Positions 56,592 through 64,000 of a DNA stretch of 64,000 nt are shown in pieces. Position numbers and translations under genes: made by a program. The stretch comes from Rhynchopus sp. YZ270_cl-10. Lineage: Eukaryota. Each line of letters starts with the position of its first letter. Positions within the stretch are counted from its first letter, which is position 1. The stretch lies in the NCBI GenBank assembly GCA_964035575.1, contig OZ037847.1, positions 1,054,001-1,118,000 on the forward strand. The letters run 5' to 3'. A model generated the notes under the pieces. The model had not been told where the DNA came from. It worked only from the letters and a program-made list of their open reading frames with translations, and did not search any database.

Positions 56592-58430
56592 ATGGAAATC
56601 GTTGAAATCCCGCGTTTTGATGGCTTTCGGCTTTCTCGTGGCGATGACCACGTCCCAGGGATTATTCATGCGATTAAGGCGAAGGCGGGGATTACAACTT
56701 CTGCAGCATTTCGTATGGCGGCATATGAGGCGTCAGATTCTATGGCATCTGCTGTGACGGTGTGTCTTGGCCCTGATGGTTTGATGAGGGCTGCTGTCGA
56801 TATGGTGGGGAACACTTCCTTCACCTCTCATGGTGCTGCGCTCATTAAGAAGACCCGCTCGGAGCACCCCGTTACTGTCTATCTGTTGCAGACCTTGCAG
56901 AGACACATGGCAGGGAGAGGGGATGGGAGCATACGGTGGGTCCTGCTGGTCAGGGAGCTGCTCCGCGCGTTGTTGCAGCTTTCCTCGGTGCCTTCTCATG
57001 TTGAGCTGCACCATGCCACCTCCGATGTGGTACGCATTGCAAAAGAAACGCTAGCAGCGCACACTGTGAAGAGGACAATACCGCAAATCACCTCTACCTG
57101 CATCACCTCGGTTGTAGATAGTTGCTGTTCTGGAGGGGTTTTGACCAAGATGACCCAAATTCTAACTCAATACCTCACGGCATATTCTGAAACAGAAGAA
57201 GGAGTGGATTTTCTGAAATACGCACCCCCCGAAGCGCATACCATTCATACCATCATTGGTGCCGCATTCAGTGGAAGCTGTGTTATAGAAGGAACGCTTT
57301 TTCACGGCCATCTGCGTACCATCTCAAAAATGCCTAAAGGGGTGAAAGGGGGTCGCGTCGTTCTTCTTAAGGGACGCCCCTTGATAGGGAAGGATGGTGG
57401 GTATGCAAGCGATTCGGAGAGTTCGGGGTCGGAGGGGGGAGAAGAGGGGAGTTGTTTTGATGATGGTGGGAATGTTGATTATGAATTTACGAAGGCAGAG
57501 CTTTCGGATGCGTCGGAGTGGGTGATGATGGCTTGCAAAATGTTTGTCGCAGCGCTGGGGAACTGTGAAATCCACTGTGTCCTCTCCTCCGTCAAACTCC
57601 CTGATGCGGTGCTCTCTGATGCAGCGGAGCTGGGTATTATGATATGCGATACGATCGACACGAAAGACGTTCCCCGCATGGGCTCGCTCCTCCAGATCGA
57701 ACCCATTGAGCCGTCTGTGTTCCTCCACCACTACAGCGACCCTTCCGGAGGCCATATCAACCCCAATACCGACACCGCGATGACCACCTTCGTTGAGATA
57801 ATGAGAACCACAGCGTCGGTGGATAGTGGTTCTTTTGTACGGATTGTACCGTTTAAGGTGGTGCCCATGCCGTTGACACTGCTCATATCGGGGCAGTCGA
57901 GTGGAGTTGCGTCTGAGAGTGTTGACATCGTAAGGCGTGTATTGACCTCTTTAAGGTGGTGTCTGAGGCGTGATGCGATGTATGTGGGTGGCTGTTGGAA
58001 AGACTGGCTTCTTGTTGCTGCAGCGTTGAGGCGTGGTGCAAAGGCGTGCCATGCGTCGGCATGGGTGATGGCAGTATCATACTCCATGGAAGCAGTCGTG
58101 ACGCACGGTGTGCTCAATTCAATTGGAGAACGTACGGAGCAGAATCGGCAGTGGGTGCAACGTCTGATAGCGAAGGCATGCGCAGAGGCAAAAGGAATTG
58201 TGTCGACCCTGCACGTACTGCAACAGCTTGACAGTGAAATTGGAGACATAGTCGAGGTGATGTCACCAGAGCCCTTAAACATCTGGGAGCACGCAGAGAG
58301 CCTCCCCGATCTGTTGCTGTCGTGCCTCTCGTCTGTTGCATTGCTTGCACGCATCGATGCGTTGGTCCCAAGCAAACGGCTTTGCGAAAAGACACAATCG
58401 GAACACGTGACACAAACACATTTAGTGTAG
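56592..58430 (+). CDS. Divergent group II chaperonin-like protein, BBS10-like
   Basis: CLGPDG, TSHGAALI...EHPV....LQ.H...GDGS..WVL.V.ELL, SCVIEG and YVGGC. The GDGS variant and EHP motif best fit chaperonin-like BBS proteins; subfamily not certain. Confidence 0.7.
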   Translation: MEIVEIPRFDGFRLSRGDDHVPGIIHAIKAKAGITTSAAFRMAAYEASDSMASAVTVCLGPDGLMRAAVDMVGNTSFTSHGAALIKKTRSEHPVTVYLLQTLQRHMAGRGDGSIRWVLLVRELLRALLQLSSVPSHVELHHATSDVVRIAKETLAAHTVKRTIPQITSTCITSVVDSCCSGGVLTKMTQILTQYLTAYSETEEGVDFLKYAPPEAHTIHTIIGAAFSGSCVIEGTLFHGHLRTISKMPKGVKGGRVVLLKGRPLIGKDGGYASDSESSGSEGGEEGSCFDDGGNVDYEFTKAELSDASEWVMMACKMFVAALGNCEIHCVLSSVKLPDAVLSDAAELGIMICDTIDTKDVPRMGSLLQIEPIEPSVFLHHYSDPSGGHINPNTDTAMTTFVEIMRTTASVDSGSFVRIVPFKVVPMPLTLLISGQSSGVASESVDIVRRVLTSLRWCLRRDAMYVGGCWKDWLLVAAALRRGAKACHASAWVMAVSYSMEAVVTHGVLNSIGERTEQNRQWVQRLIAKACAEAKGIVSTLHVLQQLDSEIGDIVEVMSPEPLNIWEHAESLPDLLLSCLSSVALLARIDALVPSKRLCEKTQSEHVTQTHLV

Positions 58431-58553
58431 GTGCTTCACCCTTAACAACGAATAACGAATAAAAAAAAAGGGGGTTTTCGTTGTCAGCAGTTTTATTTTT
58501 TTGGAAATATGTCAACACATCAAACAGAAACACACCACACACAAAGCAACACC

Positions 58554-61436
58554 ATGGCCGATAAGGTGATGCAGATCCAAAAAGATATCAAGGTATATCG
58601 TAATACCCCCTTTTTGCGCCAGCTACTCCTTAGCTTAGATGAAAAAGAACACTGTTATTTGCGACGTACGCATGACCACATAGCAACACACTGTGCTTTC
58701 TTGTCCAAATAAGCAATGAACAAAACACCCGTTTTTCTACCTCATTACAGGATAAGGCAGAAGACTACCGTGACTACCTTGCAGACTTGAAATCATGGGA
58801 GCGTGACATCACCACAAAGGACGGCAGCGTCGCCAAGAAAAATAAGGTTTGCAATTTTCCTTTTTTCTTTACCTGAGCTCGACTGAGATGCGTTTCAGCA
58901 CGTTTCAACTCTTTTTTTTTTATTCGTTTTCATAGCTTTTTTCCTGTTCTCCTAAGATATGAACCTTCTTCACTAAATGGTACTAAATGGCACTATACAC
59001 AAAAAAATGCCGAAGACACAAAAACAACAGCTGGAGCATGGCGTTGACAAGTTTTTGCAACTTCCCATCACGTCTGGACCTGTAGAGCTAACCCTGCACA
59101 AGGCAGTGGTGGCTGTCCTCTACTTGTGTGGTCGTTCCCCCTATCCCCCTTATCTCCTCATCTTCTTTTCTCCTATTTCACAGCTGGAAGCAGACTACCC
59201 CCCAATCAGAGGAACCGTGGACGAGGCATCGGTTCTCAAGATGCAGGCCGAGAAGGAGAAGGACGACCCTATCCTGAAGCAGAAGGAGCTGGGCAATGAG
59301 TTCTTCAAGTCAGGCAAGTACGCGGAGGCTGCACGCAGTTATGCAAAGGGAATTGAATACGACCCGGATGACAAGAACGCCTACGTCCTCCACGCGAACC
59401 GGTATGTACATTGTGCAAAATCCGTACAGCTACTGCACGAAACCGATCAAGGTCACCTCATCCATCGATTTTTTTTTTCCACCCAATTTTTGACAAAAGG
59501 AATGAAGGCTCCCTATCCTGTCAATACACTACCAAAACAATGACAGTTTCCATCCCAATCCACAGAAATTCGGTTTAAATTCAAAGGTGACGAAGCGGGC
59601 TTCGTCATTCTTATGTTTCTTTGTATTTCACCCTAGTGTTGAAGATGTGTATTCATTATTTCAACTTTTCTTTGATTTCGTCAACTCCTTACCCAAAAAA
59701 AAAAAATATCCCGAACAGCGCGATGGCTCTTCTCAAGGTGGGAGACTTCCCCCAGGCAGAAATTGATGCCGGGCTCTGCGTGCAGAAGAACCGCACCTAC
59801 ACGAAAGGGTTCTTCCGGAGAGCGCTTGCCAGGAAGGCGCAGGGGAAGCTTGCGCTTGCAATAGAAGACCTTGGCACGGTATGCCCCCACACTGTACTGT
59901 TGGGATGGTCATTGCTTATCAGATGTCAACCCCGAAATGGAAAAAGGGGTCCACCGATGCACCCAGTCAGTGTACCAAGGTGCACTGTCATGAGAGGGTT
60001 TTTGTGTTTTAAGTCAAGCATTGTCGGCGTCGGGGGAGTTTGTACTGTCAACTTTTCAAATTTTGTAAAATTTTAACACCACCTTTTTCAGGTCCTCGTG
60101 TTGGAGCCGGACAACAAGGAGGCGAAGCAACAGCTTGCGCAGGCACAGGCAGACATTAAGAAGGAGAAGAAGGTGTGGCACCACCCCACCACCCCATCCC
60201 CACACCATTCCGCAAAGCTTTTAGTCATGATTGTAAATGGTGAACGCGCACCTTTCTTCTACTTTGAGGCAATGATTATGTTCCTGCTGACAACCCCCTC
60301 ACGGTAACCGATGTGCATACCAATAAAGTGCTCTCTGGGGGTTTGATAACCCAGCGGAGAAGCAGTGCCCTGCGTCCGCCGATGAATGGTGACGCGTTTT
60401 GCACTTTCAAACTTCTTCTACAAAAAACCCCCTTTTCAAATGAAGTGGCAGGACACTCTCCTATCGCTCAACTAATTTTTTTTTAGCGCTGATCAATGCA
60501 TCTCTCCACCCATATTTCCCACAGGAAGAAGAGAAAGCTGCCGCTGCGCCACGGAAGAAGCTTCAAATCACAGAGGTCGATGATGATGATGATGAAAGCG
60601 ATGAGGGGGAAGAGGAGGTTGAGATTCCGATTCGCGCGAAGAAGACGGACGGGGAGAAGAAGGCAGCTACACCTGCACCTGCACCTACACCAGAACAGCC
60701 GAAAAAGACGACACCTACACCTACCCCCAAACCGGCACCTAAACCAAAGAAGAAGGTGACCGGCCCGATCGAAGTCATCGACGACGACGAAGATGAAGAA
60801 CCTGTCGGCAAAATCCTCCGCCCCCCAACAAGACATGAAGACCCCCTTGCCGGTGTGGTGCCCGAACCTGCCCCAACCCCAGAGCCTACTCCGACCCCCA
60901 CACCCACACCCACGCCCACCCCTGCACCAAAGGCTGCTTCCCCCAAGGCAGGCTCGCCCAAGGCAGGGTCACCCAAGGGTGTCATTCTGCCCAGTGAAAC
61001 GTACCTCAAAGCGGTGGAGCAGACGAAGAACACCCAGCACCTTTCCTCACCGAATACGTTTGTGCAGTTTGAGAGGGTGTGGACGTCGTTGGAAGGGAAG
61101 GGGGCAGAGCGGTTGGCGTATTTGAGATTGGTAGGGAAGGAGAAATATGTGGACTTTTTCAAGTCGAATGTGACGGAGGATGTCTTGGCGGATGTGGTGG
61201 GGATTATGCATGATGAGTTTGTGAAGGGCGGCGCGGACGACGTGGAGCGTGCCTTCCTCATCACCCGGCACCTCTCGAAGCTTGACAGACTTGCAGCGCT
61301 TCTCCTCTTCAGCGACCCAGAAGTATCCGAAAAGCTTGCCAAGCTTCCTGCCCTCCTAGCAAAGAACCCTCACTCTATCTCTGCGGATGACCTCAAATCT
61401 CTGGCCCGCGATCTGAAACGCCGAATGGCAGAGTAA
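58554..61436 (+). CDS. RPAP3: RPAP3 (R2TP TPR co-chaperone); exons 58554..58592, 58751..58846, 59184..59401, 59719..59878, 60092..60172, 60525..61436 (501 aa)
   Basis: N-terminal ...AEDYRDYLADLKSWERDI..KD...PPIRG, carboxylate-clamp TPRs (KELGNEFFK, ANRAMALLK, YTKGFFRRA, LEPDNKEA), RKKLQITEV and C-terminal domain PNTFVQFERVW. Five in-frame GT-AG introns. Confidence 0.88.
60364..60415 (+). repeat. Hairpin family C copy (intronic)
   Basis: agtgccctgcgtccgccgatgaatggtgacgcgttttgcactttcaaact. Confidence 0.85.
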
Positions 61437-61645
61437 AAAAAAAATGGTGGGAAGGGAGGGAGGGATTGTCTCAAAGATTGAGAGATCACTCAAACGCTTT
61501 TGTTAAATAATGTGTGAGCTATTTTGTGGAGGTACTCCAAAGAAGAAGAAAAAATGGGAGAAAAAGAATCATGCGTGCCGTTGCTGCAACGCTATTAATT
61601 AGGGGCTGGGGGTCCCGGCTGATATTTTATTTCTAAGGCCCCATA

Positions 61646-62162
61646 CCCTCATAGTATAAATTATGTTATTGTTACAAATAAATTATTTCGGCGATTTTTA
61701 TTTTTTTTATAACATTTTTGCATTTTGTTACTTTTTTCATTTTTTGCATTTTATTTTTTTGTAACATTTTTGTTACGCCGCAGGCGTAACAAAAATGTTA
61801 CTGGGGGGGCTAATAAAGCATACAGCGCGGAAACCCCTGCCACATGATGGTGTAAAAATCTAGCTTTTTACACAGAGTCACTCAACGAACCCTTTTTTGC
61901 GGAGCAAAAAAGGGAAAATGGCGCCGCAGGCAAAAAAAAATTGAGGTACAGCCTGGATCGTGTGGTCAGCAACCCAGTTCCCTATGGTACTCCCGTGGTT
62001 CAACCATGGCTCTTTATTTTTTCTTTGTAACATTTGTTACTTTTTGCCCAACTGCAAAAAAACGAATAAAACATTTTATTAAATTGTTACAAAAAAAATG
62101 TTACTTTTGGGTCATTTTTTTATTAATTTATTTTTGAAAAAACATTATTTTTACTATGAGGG
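61646..62162. mobile_element. MITE, 517 bp, TA-flanked
   Basis: 22-bp TIR ccctcatagtataaattatgtt / aacattatttttactatgaggg (2 mismatches). TA at 61644-61645 and 62163-62164. Many internal tgttac/gtaaca repeats. Confidence 0.8.
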
Positions 62163-62179
62163 TATTTAAAAATAAAACA

Positions 62180-62732
62180 TAGTGGAACACACTCTAGGGT
62201 GGCTACACTAGCCAAGTTTTCAAAAATAAAATGCTGTGCACGCGAGAGAGGCACAGTGAAGCTTTTCTTTTGCGCTTTGCGTATTATGAGAGGGGGGTTT
62301 TTTTGTGTGGTTTTTCTGAGAAGTTTCTTTGAACTAATCTTTCAAAAGCGCTACTCTTATAAAGATCCCGAAGAAGAAAAAAACCGTGGGCTGTTATACC
62401 GTGACGAAGTCTAAAAATGAAACATTTTTTTAGTACACTGCCATGAGAGGGCTGTTGTATTTCAAGTCAATTTTTTTTTTTTCTGAGATGTCTTTGAAAT
62501 GATCCTTCAAAAAGCATTTCAACGTTTCACCCCCCCCTCCCCCTTTTTGTTTGCTGCAAGGGTTTCTGTCGTTTGCATTTAATTTTTTTTTTTTTTGAAT
62601 TTTTGAATTGAAAGATTGGTGACTATAAACACGAGAGGGTTCGTCGTCTTACCAACCTTTCTTTTTTTTTTTCTTTTTTTTTTTTTCTTTTCTCTTTTTG
62701 CAGTGCCTGCGACAAAGGCATTTGCACCTTCG
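62180..62732 (+). repeat. Cluster of D, B-like, E, A and C short elements
   Basis: D at 62180, tgtgcacgcgagagaggcaca at 62215, E at 62432, A at 62618 and C at 62701. Confidence 0.7.
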
Positions 62733-63325
62733 CCTTTTTTGGTTTACACTTTTTGTTACTTTTTTTTTGCGAGTCTCAGCACCGCATGATATTTCATAAC
62801 TAAAATACCGAAAGAGCTACACCCAGGACTTAAGCTTTGGGTTCGATCTATTTAAAAAAAGACTGCCCCGTTTTTTTGGCGTGCCTAATGTCTCATCTCT
62901 CCACTGCGTAAGGTGTGCTGTCTGTACGCATTCTAGCCTAAAAAGAATTGCACTGCTTTTTTGACCAAAATCCAAAAATGCAGAACAACTCAGAAGAAGT
63001 TGCCTTTTTTTTTTGTGGTTTTGATAACCCACGGTGAACCAATTGTCTGCGTCTGCCAGGTGTGCCGAGGGGGTTTCACTAAACTTTTCTCCATTTTTTC
63101 CCCCTCGAAATGGATGCATCAAAATGCATCGACTACTCGGTTCAGGAGTTCTAGTCACGCATCAAGGTACGCTCCCATGAGAGGGCTTTGCATTGCAAGT
63201 CAAATTTTTCTTTTGGCTCTCCAAAACCCACATAATAATACCCAAAACCACCCCTTCTACCCTATCCTCTAATGAACGACCAAAGTAAGAAATGCCAAAC
63301 AAAAGACATCCTTGTACACTTCCCT

Positions 63326-63376
63326 AAGCCCTCCTCTCTCTCTCTCATTTTTCATTTTTCATTTCTCTCCCTTCAG
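63326..63376 (+). promoter_or_regulatory. Putative trans-splice acceptor (polypyrimidine tract + AG)
   Basis: Long C/T tract ending cttcag 25 nt before an ATG. Similar tracts precede genes at 22993, 42918, 50326 and 52500. Function is inferred from euglenozoan biology. Confidence 0.45.
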
Positions 63377-63401
63377 CAAACAAAAAAAGCATTACACTTT
63401 A

Positions 63402-64000
63402 ATGGATAATGATCTGAGGAATGATCTGCACCGAGCTTTAGGTGGTCTTCGCAGTCGTGTTGTTTCGACAGATCAGGCCACAGAACGCGTGCAGTCACGT
63501 GGAACGTCCCGTCGTATGTCTGGCCCATTCCCTTCGTCACGGTCGCCGCCGCCAGGGCATCGGTCGCCTTCGCCACCACAGCATTTATCGAAGCCTTATC
63601 ATGTACATTCGTATGAGGCTCAGGGGTCGGGGTTTCTCGCACATCAGCACTCTCATTATATGATGCCGAATGTAGTGCCGCTGTCAAGGGGTGAGTCGTT
63701 GGATAGAGAGATTGGCTATCACTTTGGGCAGCAGCTGTCGGCGATGCAGGAGGCGGATGAGAGGGGGGCATCGCCTGAGTATGCGGACGGCGCGTCGCGG
63801 TCAGACATTGCGCCCTTTATTGACTCTGTGTTGCGGGTGGCAGATGGCAGCCCGTCGCCGGTTGTTCCTGTTGAAGATGATAGTAAGATTAGTGAAACGC
63901 TGATCAGCAGGATGATTCGTGGGAAGGTGTCGGTTCCGATCCAGCAGGGATCGCCCAGAGCTGCGAAGCGTTTGCACCTGATGCGTATTCCGTGCAAGGT
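63402..64000 (+). CDS. Hypothetical protein, 5' part (runs off window; absent from the ORF track)
   Basis: ATG at 63402 opens a stop-free frame (MDNDLRNDLHRALGG...) of 199 codons to the window end. It is preceded by a pyrimidine tract ending cttcag (63326-63376). Confidence 0.75.
   Translation, partial: MDNDLRNDLHRALGGLRSRVVSTDQATERVQSRGTSRRMSGPFPSSRSPPPGHRSPSPPQHLSKPYHVHSYEAQGSGFLAHQHSHYMMPNVVPLSRGESLDREIGYHFGQQLSAMQEADERGASPEYADGASRSDIAPFIDSVLRVADGSPSPVVPVEDDSKISETLISRMIRGKVSVPIQQGSPRAAKRLHLMRIPCK

Noticed and set aside
212..60415. Hairpins as introners or non-canonical intron boundaries
   Set aside because: They lie within introns at variable positions and in intergenic DNA. All reconstructed introns are ordinary GT-AG.
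5981..61342. Long minus-strand ORFs (e.g. 5981-6643, 8885-9769, 35074-35925, 44787-45560, 60563-61342)
   Set aside because: They are antisense shadows of GC-rich + strand genes with no recognisable motifs.
50326..61436. Functional ciliary/chaperone gene cluster (ARL3, BBS10-like, RPAP3)
   Set aside because: Unrelated genes are interleaved, and neighbours in directional clusters are generally not functionally linked. Chance is sufficient.
212..62732. Hairpins as integron attC sites or REP sequences
   Set aside because: The bulged shape is reminiscent, but there are no RYYYAAC/GTTRRRY boxes and no integrase or HUH transposase, and copies lie inside spliceosomal introns.
63373..63997. Minus-strand gene at the window end (strand switch)
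   Set aside because: A stop-free + frame from ATG 63402 with an upstream acceptor-like tract explains the region better.

Overview
Eukaryotic nuclear DNA, most consistent with a euglenozoan and probably a diplonemid (inferred, not proven). All 21 supported protein-coding genes lie on the + strand, and 17 reconstructable GT-AG introns have GTRTG-type donors and mostly C/A-rich ...ACAG acceptors. Recognisable genes: cyclophilin (3' end), CLC Cl-/H+ exchanger, CacyBP, a SelO-family AMPylase, a protein with a C-terminal truncated globin, a 3418-aa ankyrin protein with a C-terminal F-box-like motif, U2SURP-like, ARL3, an aldo-keto reductase with a degenerate active site, a TUT4-like terminal nucleotidyltransferase, a BBS10-like chaperonin and RPAP3. 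The non-coding DNA holds four TIR/TSD-bounded non-autonomous transposons (MITEs) with different termini, a perfect 68-bp palindrome, and dozens of 25-50 bp bulged-hairpin elements in about five families. These hairpins keep one orientation per family, occur in introns and UTR/intergenic DNA, and were not seen in CDS. They are the best candidate here for an undescribed system. No rRNA, tRNA, CRISPR or intact transposase was seen. All calls were made by eye.
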